64,000 nucleotides of DNA from Alkalispirochaeta sp. (GCA_965242725.1 CBDESZ010000025.1:288001-352000), one strand, 5' to 3'; counted from the stretch's first letter, positions 41,359 through 54,991 are shown. The notes: generated from the sequence alone by a model not told the origin. Program-made: numbers and translations.

Positions 41359-41668
41359 GTTAAAGCGATACGAACGGTATCGCCTTTTTTAGCGAATCAT
41401 CTGCCGGAAGGTCGTTGGTTCTGTGTTCTTTTACAGCATAATAGGGAAGGGAAGGAAGAAGAGACGCAAAGCGCGTTGACTTGCGACACGAGAGGTGTGT
41501 ATGCACCGAACGGAGGCGTGAGGACAACGCAAGAGCGAGCAAGCAAGAAAGAAAACGAGTTCGTTTGTGAACCGAACCGCGAAGCGGTGAGGAGCATGAA
41601 CAGTGTGCGAGCCGCGCTTTTCAGGAAGTGGTGGTGCGTGCATATAGAGCGTCGTGAGAGACTCATAT

Positions 41669-44607
<2,939 letters not shown>

Positions 44608-44789
44608 TATGAGTCATCTCAGGACGCTCTAATAACGCGTATCGACGGCCAATCGGTCGTCGATCCAGCTTGCCGCGTTTCATGCAGTGATGTCGAATAT
44701 CCGCTTCACTGCTCTTGTCGGTGCGTTCCTCGCTACTTGGTAGCTCCGGTACGCACCTTCTTCCTTCCGCCCAACTACGTAATTATTAC

Positions 44790-44889
<100 letters not shown>

Positions 44890-44901
<12 letters not shown>

Positions 44902-45311
44902 GTTTTTTTATGTCCATACGCCCAACGGGCGTGTGGACATAAAAAACTCTATTGGAGCGACGACATCAGGGTCGTACCGGACCGGCGGAGCCGGGAGGAA
45001 CGATCCCGACACCGGAGGCGAGGCGTGGACCGGAAACGGGTCGTACCGCAGCCGTAGGCGAGGAACGATCCCGGGAAGGGAGGACCACGCCGGTGGCGAA
45101 GGCACGGAGTGCCGGAGCTCGTCGCCAGACGTTTTTTATTGCCCGAATGGAACGAGGGCGTTAGAAAACGTCTGGGATCAGGCGCGTACCCACTGGAACG
45201 CGCCGCGATACCTCGAGCGTGGACCGCAGGAGAAGCCGAGGGCCACGCGGGACCCGAGCACGATTGTGCGAGGGAGACGTTTTTTATTGCCTCGATAAAC
45301 GCAATGAAAAC
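44890..45311 (+). repeat. Repeats of the 5S 3' end and GC-rich hairpin repeats
   Basis: TCGTCGCCAGACGTTTTTT at 44890 and 45119; AGACGTTTTTTATTGCC at 45127 and 45275; GGGTCGTACC...GGAACGATCCC twice (44969, 45038). Confidence 0.75.
44903..44946. terminator. Bidirectional terminator hairpin after 5S
   Basis: TTTTTTTATGTCCATACGCCC-AAC-GGGCGTGTGGACATAAAAAA. Confidence 0.8.
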
Positions 45312-45419
45312 AACAGCTGTGATGCCCCGTGAAGCGGTCGACCCTCTGATGACGGGAGTGCCGTCAACACCTTGTCAATATTCCCTGCGGAGTCTATTCT
45401 TAGTACACGGAAGGACAGA

Positions 45420-45899
45420 ATGAGCGACCTACAAGACGACATACAACTGGTCACGTTTCAATTGGGTGCCGAGTATTACGGCATCGATATTATGCAGGTA
45501 AAAAGCATTGAAGAATCAAAGGATGTGCGGGCAATCCCGAACTCACCCGGCTATGTTGAAGGAATATTCAACCTCCGCGGTGAAATCATCCCGGTAATAA
45601 ATCTTCATAGAAGATTCCATTTGAAGCGGGCCGATCTCAGTGAAGAGGATCAGTTGCTCAGTGGCTTCCTGATAATTCGATTAAACGGCATGCACGTGGC
45701 GATTATCATTGATAAGGTATCCCGTGTTCTCACCGTTCCTGCAAAAGACATTCAGCAGCCACCACAAATGATCTCCGGTATCGGTGCGGAGTACATTGAA
45801 GGTGTGGTCCATCAGGACGAAGGCTATCTTATCATTCTGGATATCGATCGGCTCTTCAATCTGCGCGAATTGGAAACTCTCGGCGCGATAGTTCATTAA
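45420..45899 (+). CDS. cheW: Chemotaxis coupling protein CheW
   Basis: QLVTFQLG, YGIDIMQVKSI, IPNSPGYVEGIFNLRGEIIPVINL, IILDID. Confidence 0.95.
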   Translation: MSDLQDDIQLVTFQLGAEYYGIDIMQVKSIEESKDVRAIPNSPGYVEGIFNLRGEIIPVINLHRRFHLKRADLSEEDQLLSGFLIIRLNGMHVAIIIDKVSRVLTVPAKDIQQPPQMISGIGAEYIEGVVHQDEGYLIILDIDRLFNLRELETLGAIVH

Positions 45900-45912
45900 C
45901 GGAAACGGCTTC

Positions 45913-46971
45913 ATGATACCTCTGTTCCGACCTACCATTCGTCGTGCCGACATGGACGCGGTACTGTCGCGTCTCGCCGAAGACGAGATCGGCGCCGGCG
46001 TCCTGTCTCGGGAATTCTCTCAGAGTGTGGCAAAATATGTCGGGAAGCGGAGTGGAGTCGCCTTCAGGAGCTTCGGGCGCGCCCTCGCGGCGGCGGCACG
46101 GGCTCTGGGGCCCGCAACGCACCGTGTCGGTGTCTCCGTCCTTGCGTCGGAATCGGTGGAGCACGTTTTTGAACAGGAGGGGTGGGAAGTCGTTCCCATC
46201 GATACCGACCGTCAGTTGCCGATCTTGCCGTCTCCCCTCGATTTTGACTATGAAACATTGGAGCTGTCGGCGCTGTATGTCGACACACGGCTGGGATACG
46301 TCCCGGACCTCGAGAATCTGCGTCAACTTCGTATTCCGCTTATTGAGGACATCTCCGAGGGTCTCGGCGGAAATACGGGAGTCTCCAAAGTCGGCAGCGT
46401 CGGAGAACTGACGCTTATCAACCTGGAACCGGAAAACATCGTCACTGCCGGTGGCGGTGCAATCGTCATTACAAGCAATACCCGGCATGTGTCGCGCCTG
46501 TCGGGATGGGTAGACGTAAAAATCGGTGAACCGCCCCTTCCCGATATGAATGCGGCTCTGGGGATCACCCAGCTCAAGCAGATCGAAACATTTATCGAAC
46601 GGCGTCGTGACGCGGCGGCACGGTTCGTGCGGACCCTGCAACGGGGACGCTATCGTGTACCCCTGCAGGGGGGAGACGGTGACAATGTTTTTTTCGCGCT
46701 TCCCGTCATGATCGATTCATCTCCCCGGGAGATAGAAAAATACGCACACGGCCACGGTGTGTTTGCGCAGAGAGCGTTTACCGAAACATTGCTTGCGTCG
46801 TTGTCTCTTGCGGGAGGAGACGAGGAGAGTCAGCTCGCGAGCGACGATATTTCCGCCCGATTTCCAAATGGAATAGCCTTTTCATCACAAATGGTTCTTT
46901 TCCCGCTGTTCCCGACGCTCAGTAAAGGCCAGCAGGAGCGAATTGAAAAAGTTCTCGCCACGTTGCCGTAA
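45913..46971 (+). CDS. DegT/DnrJ/EryC1/StrS-fold protein, probably lacking the PLP lysine
   Basis: MIPLFRP, LIEDISEGLG, TAGGGA, DMNAALGITQL, RRRDAA, FPLFPTL. Confidence 0.8.
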   Translation: MIPLFRPTIRRADMDAVLSRLAEDEIGAGVLSREFSQSVAKYVGKRSGVAFRSFGRALAAAARALGPATHRVGVSVLASESVEHVFEQEGWEVVPIDTDRQLPILPSPLDFDYETLELSALYVDTRLGYVPDLENLRQLRIPLIEDISEGLGGNTGVSKVGSVGELTLINLEPENIVTAGGGAIVITSNTRHVSRLSGWVDVKIGEPPLPDMNAALGITQLKQIETFIERRRDAAARFVRTLQRGRYRVPLQGGDGDNVFFALPVMIDSSPREIEKYAHGHGVFAQRAFTETLLASLSLAGGDEESQLASDDISARFPNGIAFSSQMVLFPLFPTLSKGQQERIEKVLATLP

Positions 46972-47052
46972 TATTTCGTTTGATCTTTTTGAAGCTTTAC
47001 GGTCCGTGACGGCGTGAGTATAGTTGACCGAGGATCGAAAACAAAGGAAACG

Positions 47053-47910
47053 ATGACGAAAGAACTGAAGTCCGTACTGATTATCGCCAACACCGGGAAA
47101 CCCGGCGCCCAGGCGCTCTCCGAAGAGATCCAGCGACAACTTGATATGCGGGGAATCACCGTCACCGTTTTTTCCTATGTCGGTGTTGCCAACGAGATGC
47201 CTCATAAAGACGGACATGACCTGGCGATAACTCTCGGTGGTGATGGTACGGTGTTGTTTGCCAGCCGCGTTCTTGCGGGGTACGACGTGCCGATACTTCC
47301 GGTGAATCTCGGCGATTTCGGGTTTATCAGTGAAGTCGGTCACGATGAATGGCAGAACGCCCTTGACTCATTTATACGCGGGGACATCGAGGCGGGGTCC
47401 AGGCTCGTACTTGACGTATGTGTCGTACGCGACGGTGAAGAACTCTGTGCGTTTCGTGGACTTAACGACGCGGTTGTCTCATCGGAAGGAATATCCCGAA
47501 TGGTCAGGCTGGACGTGCGACTCAGCAACCAGAGGATCGGGAAATACCGTGCCGACGGCGTCATTGTGGCGACGCCTACGGGGTCGACGGCGTATTCCGT
47601 CGCCGCCGGCGGTCCTATCCTCCACCCGGAGATGAACGCCATGATATTGAATCCCATCTGTCCGTTCACGCTCTCCCACCGGCCTTTAGTTTTGCCGGAA
47701 GATGAGGTTATATCGATCACTCTCGATCCGGCGCAGCGGTCAAACGTCGCCCTGACCGTGGACGGCCAGAGCCTTACTTCACTTGAGTCGGGTGATTCCG
47801 TGCGGATCAGGGCCAGTGAGCGACGGGCGCATATTATTCGTTCCAACAGGAGAACCTTTTACGAAGTCTTGCGGAACAAGCTTAACTGGTCCGGAGGACC
47901 CGGTGATTGA
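47053..47910 (+). CDS. nadK: NAD kinase
   Basis: GGDGT, NLGDFGF, LNDAVV, ADGVIVATPTGSTAY, GGP, PICPFTL, VDGQ. Confidence 0.95.
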   Translation: MTKELKSVLIIANTGKPGAQALSEEIQRQLDMRGITVTVFSYVGVANEMPHKDGHDLAITLGGDGTVLFASRVLAGYDVPILPVNLGDFGFISEVGHDEWQNALDSFIRGDIEAGSRLVLDVCVVRDGEELCAFRGLNDAVVSSEGISRMVRLDVRLSNQRIGKYRADGVIVATPTGSTAYSVAAGGPILHPEMNAMILNPICPFTLSHRPLVLPEDEVISITLDPAQRSNVALTVDGQSLTSLESGDSVRIRASERRAHIIRSNRRTFYEVLRNKLNWSGGPGD

Positions 47911-49600
47911 ACGACTCAGCGTCCGTAACTTCATTCTCGTCGAATCACTGGAACTGAACTTTACGGCGGGATTCAATGTGTTGACCGGTGAAACCGGTGC
48001 AGGAAAAAGCATCCTCGTCGGCGCTCTCTCCGTCCTCTTCGGCGGCAAGGGAGGGCCCGACCTCGTCCGCGACGGCGCCGATGAGGCGTCGGTGGCGGGA
48101 GAGTTTTTTGTCGGAAATCACCGGCCGGGAACGGAGTGGCTTGACGACCACGGGATCTCACCTGAAGAGGGAAGAATCCTCCTCCGGCGAACGTTGAAAA
48201 CATCGGGACGGGGAACGATATATATCGGATCCACGCCGGCGACTCTGGCGGAACTCGAGGAGTTTGCCGGTCTGCTTCTGGATCTTCACAGTCAACACGA
48301 GCATCAGTCGCTCTTCTCTGAAACGCACCATCGCAGGATTATCGATCGATTTGCCGGGATAGAGGAGGCGGTAGAGGAGTTTCGGAGCCGCTTTACCGAG
48401 CTTTCGGAGCTCCAGAACCGTCTCAAGGAAATTACGGCGCAGGAGCGGGAACGGTTGCGGGAAATCGAAATGCTTGAGTTCTCCTCATCCGAAATTGAGT
48501 CTGCAGGTATACGTGAGGGCGAAATTGAAGAACTTGAAGGCGAACGTGAACGAATGGTGCAGTTTGAGAAACTGGTCGAACACATTCGGAGTGTTCTCGA
48601 ACTCCTCGACGGAGAAGAACTCTCCGCCCTGTCGTTTCTGAAGCGTCTGAGACAGGAGTTTTCTGCCATTGCCCGGATTGACGACGGGCTGGAAGGGGAA
48701 CGTCAGCGCCTGGAAAGCACGTATTTCGAACTCGAGGACATTTCGCAGATTATTACCGAATACCAGCAGGAGCTGGTATTCGACGCCGACCGGCTTGAGC
48801 AGATAGAAGATCGTCTGGCGCTTCTCAGGAGACTGTCCCGTAAATACGGTGAGACCGAGCGGGAGATGCTGGCGTATGTCGAGGAGAGTCGGCAGCGCCT
48901 GGAAGAGCTGAAAGGACAGGAAGCGAGCAAGGGGAATCTGCAATCGAAGATTTCCGACCTGGAGCAGTGGATCACCCAGGAAGCGAAAACGCTCCATCGC
49001 CAGCGCGTCGCGTCGGCGGAGTCCCTGCGCCACAAGATAGAAGAAGTACTTCACGATCTCGCCATGGGCCAGGGGGAGTTTCAGGTCGCCATCGATACGA
49101 GAACCACCGAGGGCGGAAAACTCGTATGCGGGCCGTCCGGCGCCGACAAGGTCAGATTTCTCATGAGCACCAATCCCGGAATTTCGCCGCAACCACTCGT
49201 GAAGATCGCGTCAGGTGGTGAACTTTCCCGCGTGATGCTGGCGATAAAGACGGTCGTTGCCGAAGTGGACGACGTACGGTCGCTTATATTTGACGAAATT
49301 GACACGGGAATCGGCGGACAGGTCGCACTGGCCATTGCGGCTCATTTGTCGAAACTGTCACGACATAGTCAGGTTATTTCAATTACACATCTTGCGACTA
49401 TCGCGGTTCGTGCCGATAATCATATCGTTGTGGAAAAAAATGCGATAGCAGGTAAAGCGGTCATCTCTACCAGGAAAGTCAGCGGAGACGACCGGGTCAG
49501 GGAAATCGCGCGAATGCTTGCGGGAGAACAGGAAGAAGAGTCGGGCGTCGAGCATGCCCGCACGCTTCTGGACCGGTATTGGGGAAACGGCCATGGCTAA
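47903..49600 (+). CDS. recN: DNA repair protein RecN
   Basis: LTGETGAGKS, SQHEHQ, ASGGELSR, IFDEIDTG, ITHL; GTG start at 47903. Confidence 0.96.
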   Translation: MIERLSVRNFILVESLELNFTAGFNVLTGETGAGKSILVGALSVLFGGKGGPDLVRDGADEASVAGEFFVGNHRPGTEWLDDHGISPEEGRILLRRTLKTSGRGTIYIGSTPATLAELEEFAGLLLDLHSQHEHQSLFSETHHRRIIDRFAGIEEAVEEFRSRFTELSELQNRLKEITAQERERLREIEMLEFSSSEIESAGIREGEIEELEGERERMVQFEKLVEHIRSVLELLDGEELSALSFLKRLRQEFSAIARIDDGLEGERQRLESTYFELEDISQIITEYQQELVFDADRLEQIEDRLALLRRLSRKYGETEREMLAYVEESRQRLEELKGQEASKGNLQSKISDLEQWITQEAKTLHRQRVASAESLRHKIEEVLHDLAMGQGEFQVAIDTRTTEGGKLVCGPSGADKVRFLMSTNPGISPQPLVKIASGGELSRVMLAIKTVVAEVDDVRSLIFDEIDTGIGGQVALAIAAHLSKLSRHSQVISITHLATIAVRADNHIVVEKNAIAGKAVISTRKVSGDDRVREIARMLAGEQEEESGVEHARTLLDRYWGNGHG

Positions 49601-50402
49601 GATAAGCAATGAAGCCCGACAACAATATTTCGAGCGTATCAAGGCGTATAAGCAGACTGCGGAAGCGATCATGCAGCGCGAAAAGAGCCTTCTGCGTATC
49701 GTCAAGGGACAGACCACCGGCGCCGCGTACAAATACATCGCCCTTGCGGAAGATCGACTGAACCTGGCCTCCTATTTTCTCCTTCAGAATGCGCTGTCTC
49801 TGACGCTCCTGGGGGTAAAAAACGACGCCTATCTCAATGATGCACGAAAAAGCTGTTATCAGGCGGTGATTTATCTTGAAGAGGTTGTATCCAACTATAT
49901 CGATGTCCCCTTTTCAGACTATTCAGACCTCCTGGAGGAGATCGACGGCTACGAGGACGACAAGCGCTACCATCTCATCAGGAAAATCGGATTTACCATT
50001 CACGCGGTTGAAGAGGCGTACGGACCGAATTCAAAATGGCGGTGGTCCTTTGTAGAGCTGGAAGGCCGCTTTACGGCAGTGGCAAAGAACATGCTCAACT
50101 TCAAGACCTTTGTGGCCCAGATGGACCCGTCCATAGAAGGGTATCCGTCACGAATGGGTCATCTGGAACTGGTGCAAAGTCTGCTCAATCAGGCGGCGGA
50201 TCGGTATCGTGAAAAGTATGAACTTTCAACGTCGCGGATTGATGATTTCAAGAAGGCGATCGCCTTCCTTGCAGCGTTAAAGCGGATATATACGATATTC
50301 GGCGAAGCGGAAAAAGCGGAGGGTATCAAACGTAAAATGGACGTTTGGAAATCCAAAATGGAGGCGGACGAGAAAGCCCATTCCAAGAAGAAGAGCGTGT
50401 AG
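49593..50402 (+). CDS. Conserved spirochaete-type hypothetical protein (helical)
   Basis: 269 aa ORF overlapping the recN stop; NSKWRWSFVELEGR, YREKYELS. Confidence 0.75.
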   Translation: MAKISNEARQQYFERIKAYKQTAEAIMQREKSLLRIVKGQTTGAAYKYIALAEDRLNLASYFLLQNALSLTLLGVKNDAYLNDARKSCYQAVIYLEEVVSNYIDVPFSDYSDLLEEIDGYEDDKRYHLIRKIGFTIHAVEEAYGPNSKWRWSFVELEGRFTAVAKNMLNFKTFVAQMDPSIEGYPSRMGHLELVQSLLNQAADRYREKYELSTSRIDDFKKAIAFLAALKRIYTIFGEAEKAEGIKRKMDVWKSKMEADEKAHSKKKSV

Positions 50403-50407
50403 CATCC

Positions 50408-51505
50408 GTGCGTTCCGTCGTGTCCTATCTTATTCTCTTCATTGCCGCATTGATCGTTGCCGTCGCTGTCCCACGTATCGTATCGCAGGAACCCCACTGG
50501 ATCACCGTATGGGATTATGTCATCTCACCGACTTCCGGTTCCCCCTCTCTTGACGGAAATGAACCCATTCTGCCGGTCATCGTGGAATCGGACCGAGGAT
50601 TTGCCGCGTTGGACGGTGAAACGGGTACGCCCATCCAATCCGGCATCAAGGCGGACCTCCACGGGATATCGCCCTTTGCATTCATCAATCAGCCCGATGA
50701 TGCCGAGCGGTGGGTGCTTCAGTACTGGTCCGGCAGTCCGCCGCGGTTCGTGGATCGTCTCGGACGTCCCGAGGTGGATGGTCGATTTCTCCTGCAACTT
50801 GATGATTCACAAACGCTGCATATACAGGACGTCGTTGAGAACGGCAGTCTCGCCGTTCCGCTCCCGCCGGCAACGACGGTATTTGACATTTGCGACAGCT
50901 GTCAGGAGACGAACGTGCTTACCGCGACCCTGCGTGGTGAAATAGCGCTCCATTCCGCGGGCGGGTCGGAACTCTCCCTTGGGTCAACGCTGCGTTCTTC
51001 CTTTCCCGATTCAGTGCCCGTCGTATATGGCGCGGAATGGATCGATGCCGGGACGATCGTCCTGCTCTACGGACGTGACCCCCAGTGGCTGGTAACGGTA
51101 CGAACCCCGGCCGGAGAGGAAGACGGTGAAATACTCCACGCCGTCGAGATTCCCCGGGAGCAATCGGTGAATTACGGGGTCGACGTCGTCGTTTCAGCGG
51201 CGACGGGACTGATAACCGTCCCGGTGACCGGACATTTCCTCCTTTTAGATCCCCTCACAGGAGAGGCTTCAACGATAACTCTCGGCGGCTCTCCGGACCG
51301 GGTATACGCCGGTCATACCGACGCCTTTCCCGTCTACTCCGGCGCGGTAAACGGTGGAGTGGCCGTTACCCTTGGAGGTGACGACGGAAATCGCCGGCTC
51401 TCATGGCGTTGGACGGGAGTGGAACACGCGGGCAGCGTCCATTCGCCGTACCGGTTGCTGGTACGGCGCGGTGACCGGATTATCGCCCTGGGGATCCGCC
51501 GATGA
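50408..51505 (+). CDS. Hypothetical membrane-anchored, beta-rich protein
   Basis: N-terminal TM/signal after GTG 50408; operonic spacing. Confidence 0.65.
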   Translation: MRSVVSYLILFIAALIVAVAVPRIVSQEPHWITVWDYVISPTSGSPSLDGNEPILPVIVESDRGFAALDGETGTPIQSGIKADLHGISPFAFINQPDDAERWVLQYWSGSPPRFVDRLGRPEVDGRFLLQLDDSQTLHIQDVVENGSLAVPLPPATTVFDICDSCQETNVLTATLRGEIALHSAGGSELSLGSTLRSSFPDSVPVVYGAEWIDAGTIVLLYGRDPQWLVTVRTPAGEEDGEILHAVEIPREQSVNYGVDVVVSAATGLITVPVTGHFLLLDPLTGEASTITLGGSPDRVYAGHTDAFPVYSGAVNGGVAVTLGGDDGNRRLSWRWTGVEHAGSVHSPYRLLVRRGDRIIALGIRR

Positions 51506-52344
51506 ACGTGTTCATCATGGTCCTTTTCGCTCTGTGGGTAGGACAATCCGCCCCGGCTTGGGAGTGGCCTATCGCGGAGGGAGACGGGGTGGATCTGTCG
51601 GTCATGACCGAACGTGCGGCAGCCGAAGCCGGAGTCTTCCGGTTTCGCGTTACCGGTGACGGGGGGCGTGATGTTTCCGTTGTCACCCCGACAGAGGGTG
51701 ACGTCATATACCGTGGGCCCGTTTTCCGCGCGACCGCTCCCAGTCCACCGATCCTTCCCGACGTACCGTCTCTGGTGGTACGGACGACGGAGGAGTTCTG
51801 GGTGATTCAGCATATTCACGGTTCGACGTTCCGTCGATCCGAAGAGACCGTCCTCTTGACCGTAGGAGGAGGGTACATTTTGGGACGGGCCCCGTCCTTT
51901 TCATTTTCTCTGTATGACGCCCGGAATAACCGGTATGTCAATCCCCGTGCCGTGCTTCCCCTGACCGACGCCGTCGGACGTGAGCGGATGCCCGAGATCA
52001 GACTTGTACAAAACAATGCATATGTCACGGCAGCGAATCTGGCTCCCGGACCAATAGAGTTCGTCGTACCCCTGAACGATTCGATACTTCCGTACATGCC
52101 TCGTTCGATTTCGATTTCAAGAAACGGGAATGAAGTGGCTTTTAGAGAATTCATCTTTGCGGACGAAGTGGTGGGATCCGTGTCACCCTCCCGGAGGTGG
52201 CTTGTCCTCGGATCGGCCGATGTTACCGCAGGGGGAGGGCGTTTTCTTGTTGAAGGGGTGCGTTTTGACGGGTCCGTTACAACCCGGTATATCGACTACA
52301 CCGTACCCGCACCCGCCATGGAAGAGGAAATCGGCGCCCCTTGA
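51502..52344 (+). CDS. Hypothetical exported protein, possibly a degenerate M23/LytM fold
   Basis: Signal-like N-terminus, WEWPI, EGDVIY, YVNPRAVLP; ATGA overlap. Confidence 0.6.
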   Translation: MNVFIMVLFALWVGQSAPAWEWPIAEGDGVDLSVMTERAAAEAGVFRFRVTGDGGRDVSVVTPTEGDVIYRGPVFRATAPSPPILPDVPSLVVRTTEEFWVIQHIHGSTFRRSEETVLLTVGGGYILGRAPSFSFSLYDARNNRYVNPRAVLPLTDAVGRERMPEIRLVQNNAYVTAANLAPGPIEFVVPLNDSILPYMPRSISISRNGNEVAFREFIFADEVVGSVSPSRRWLVLGSADVTAGGGRFLVEGVRFDGSVTTRYIDYTVPAPAMEEEIGAP

Positions 52345-52395
52345 CACTCGGAGAGGCATTTCCCACAATCAGGCAATGCTTCTGGAGTTCCCTGC

Positions 52396-53100
52396 ATGAT
52401 TCGTACCCGGCTGGAGGAGCTGTCGATCGAGGGCTTATTGCTCGTTGCATCGCAGAACGGCCTTGAACCGGACCCCGATGTGGATCGAGACTATCTGATC
52501 GGACAGCTCGTAGACATCATTCGCGAAAACCGGGAAGAGCGCGAGGCCGGTAACAGTAAAACGGTACGAATCCAACAGAAAAAATTCTCTATCATTCACG
52601 ACGATGAGGCTCCTCCGACGGAAAACCTCCTCGATGGGTTCACCCTTCCGGACCACTATGAGACTAACCGCATTACTTTGATGCTCCGGGACCCCCACTG
52701 GGCGTATACCTATTGGGATCTCAGTACCGTCAAGGCGCGGGAGTATCAGAGTTCGACAAGATTTGACGGTATGTTTCTGCGGGTCCTCCAGCTGGACGGA
52801 GCTTCAGAAGATCTGCGCATACGGGACTCATTTGAAATACCCGTACAAATCGATGATACGAGCTGGTACATATATCTACCGCGGCTGGAATCGTACTATC
52901 GCATTCAGCTTGTCGCAAAAAACAACCATCGTCGTGAACTCCTCGCAGTTTCAAACGAGGTATATGTTCCCCGCGGCCGACTGCCTTTTACACCGGAAGA
53001 GATGGATACTCACAGGATGGCGCTCTATGAATTGTGTGGCCTCGAGTATTTGGAAGTGCCTCCCTTTGGTGATGATCATGACGAACGTATTCGTTCATAG
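52396..53100 (+). CDS. DUF4912-domain protein
   Basis: LPDHYETNRITLMLRDPHWAYTYWD, SWYIYLP, AVSNEVYVP; adjacent to GH57. Confidence 0.8.
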   Translation: MIRTRLEELSIEGLLLVASQNGLEPDPDVDRDYLIGQLVDIIRENREEREAGNSKTVRIQQKKFSIIHDDEAPPTENLLDGFTLPDHYETNRITLMLRDPHWAYTYWDLSTVKAREYQSSTRFDGMFLRVLQLDGASEDLRIRDSFEIPVQIDDTSWYIYLPRLESYYRIQLVAKNNHRRELLAVSNEVYVPRGRLPFTPEEMDTHRMALYELCGLEYLEVPPFGDDHDERIRS

Positions 53101-53136
53101 CGGATCACCCGTTGGCTAAGGAGTAACGTACAGACT

Positions 53137-54756
53137 ATGGGCAATTCGATTCTGCTGCTGCATTCACATTTACCCCTCGTTCGCCATCCGGAGTACGAAT
53201 CCTTCCTGGAAGAACGGTGGTTTTTTGAAGCCGTGAGCGAGACGTACCTTCCGCTGCTGCGGGTATTTTCACGGCTCGAGGCTGAGGAAATTCCCTTTTC
53301 GCTCGCCATGTCATTTTCTCCCACGCTGAGCTTCATGCTTCAGGACTCCTTTCTCCTTGGGCGCTACGCCCAGTATCTCGAAAAAAATATAACCCTTGCA
53401 GAACGCGAACTGGACCGCACCCGCTCCGATTCCCGATTACATCGTCTCGCCCGGATGTACCACGACCGGTACTCCCGGGATTTGGACGATTTGCATGAAA
53501 CCTACGAGGGAAATGTCCTCAAGGGATTCGATTACTTCGCGAAACGGGGACACCTGGAGCTTCTGACGACGGCGGGAACTCACGCCTTTCTGCCCAATTA
53601 TCGCCAGTATCCGGAAGTTGTCCGTACCCAGCTTGAGCTTGGTATGGAGAGCCATCGCAGGTTCTTTTCAACCAACTCCCGGGGATTGTGGCTGCCCGAG
53701 TGCGGATACTATGAAGGACTCGATGAACTGATCGGGGAATGCGGTTTCGATTATTATGTCAGTGCCGCTCACGGCGTGATTTTTGGAGAGCCCCAGCCGC
53801 AGAACGGCACGTACGCTCCCATACAGACGCCGGCGGGTGTCGCGGCGTTTCCCCGTGATGTCTATACCGCCACATGGGTTTGGTCGTCGGAACAGGGGTA
53901 TCCCGCCGATCCGGTGTACAGGGATTTTTACCGGGACATCGGGTACGACCTGCCGCTCGATTACATTCGACCGTTCATTCATGAAAACGGAATTCGTATC
54001 GATACGGGGTTCAAGTATCATGCGATCACCGGTGGAACTGCAGACAAGATCCTCTACGATCCCGATGCGGCTCGTGAAAAGGTAAAGGAACATGCGAAGG
54101 AGTTTGTTCTTAAACAGACGGAGCACATCGGGCGGCTGAAAGAGGTGATCCCTTCAGTACCGGTCATTACGAGCCCCTATGACACTGAACTTTTCGGTCA
54201 CTGGTGGTTTGAGGGACCACAGTGGATAGAGGAGATCTTTCGGGTAGTCGACAGAAGGAGGCGCGGCGGAGAAGAGGTTGTCACCTTTACGACGCCTTCC
54301 CAGTATCTCAAATCATTCGGAGCCGCCGAGACGATCAAACCTACCTTCTCAAGTTGGGGGAGCCGCGGGTACGCGGAAGTGTGGTTGGACGGCACCAACG
54401 ACTGGGTCTATCGCCACACCCATCAGGCAATCGAGCGTATGGCGGAGCTTGTGGCCCGTTTTCCCGATGAAGGGGGACTCAAGGAACGCGCCCTCAATCA
54501 GGCGGCACGGGAAGTGCTCCTGAGCATGGCTTCCGACTGGCCATTTATCATGAACGCCCGGACAGTCGTTCCCTATGCGGAACGGCGCATTAAAGAGCAT
54601 CTGCTGAACTTCACCCGCGTCTATGAAGCGCTGTCGCAGCGGAATATGGGAACCGAATGGCTCACCGCGGTCGAAAAGAAGCATCCCATTTTCCCCGATT
54701 TCAATTACCGGCGGATGAAACTTCCCACGACGGAGCAAATCAGACACCTCGTCTGA
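53137..54756 (+). CDS. GH57 1,4-alpha-glucan branching enzyme (DUF1957)
   Basis: HSHLP, ETYLPLL, THAFLP, WLPECGY, PYDTELFGHWWFEG, SDWPF. Confidence 0.92.
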   Translation: MGNSILLLHSHLPLVRHPEYESFLEERWFFEAVSETYLPLLRVFSRLEAEEIPFSLAMSFSPTLSFMLQDSFLLGRYAQYLEKNITLAERELDRTRSDSRLHRLARMYHDRYSRDLDDLHETYEGNVLKGFDYFAKRGHLELLTTAGTHAFLPNYRQYPEVVRTQLELGMESHRRFFSTNSRGLWLPECGYYEGLDELIGECGFDYYVSAAHGVIFGEPQPQNGTYAPIQTPAGVAAFPRDVYTATWVWSSEQGYPADPVYRDFYRDIGYDLPLDYIRPFIHENGIRIDTGFKYHAITGGTADKILYDPDAAREKVKEHAKEFVLKQTEHIGRLKEVIPSVPVITSPYDTELFGHWWFEGPQWIEEIFRVVDRRRRGGEEVVTFTTPSQYLKSFGAAETIKPTFSSWGSRGYAEVWLDGTNDWVYRHTHQAIERMAELVARFPDEGGLKERALNQAAREVLLSMASDWPFIMNARTVVPYAERRIKEHLLNFTRVYEALSQRNMGTEWLTAVEKKHPIFPDFNYRRMKLPTTEQIRHLV

Positions 54757-54919
54757 GCTTTTCCCGACGTTCCGTAGCGCATTTTGCGATAACCTCCCTG
54801 TTTCTTCTCTCTTTCGGCTGGGTAGCGCAATAAACGCCCCCGCCACCCCCGACCTAATCGTCTGTTAAGTACTTCTCTCTCCCGGATTCTTATTTTTAAA
54901 GGAATTCTGTCTACAAAGA

Positions 54920-54991
54920 TTGACATTACCCATGGGTGGTCTACTATATAACAGGTGTGGGAAAAAGTGGGAAAATTTAGGGGAAAGTGGT
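54920..54991 (+). promoter_or_regulatory. mraZ promoter with MraZ-binding GTGGG repeats
   Basis: TTGACA at 54920; GTGGG at 54957 and 54967, GTGG at 54987 (10-bp periodicity). Confidence 0.75.
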
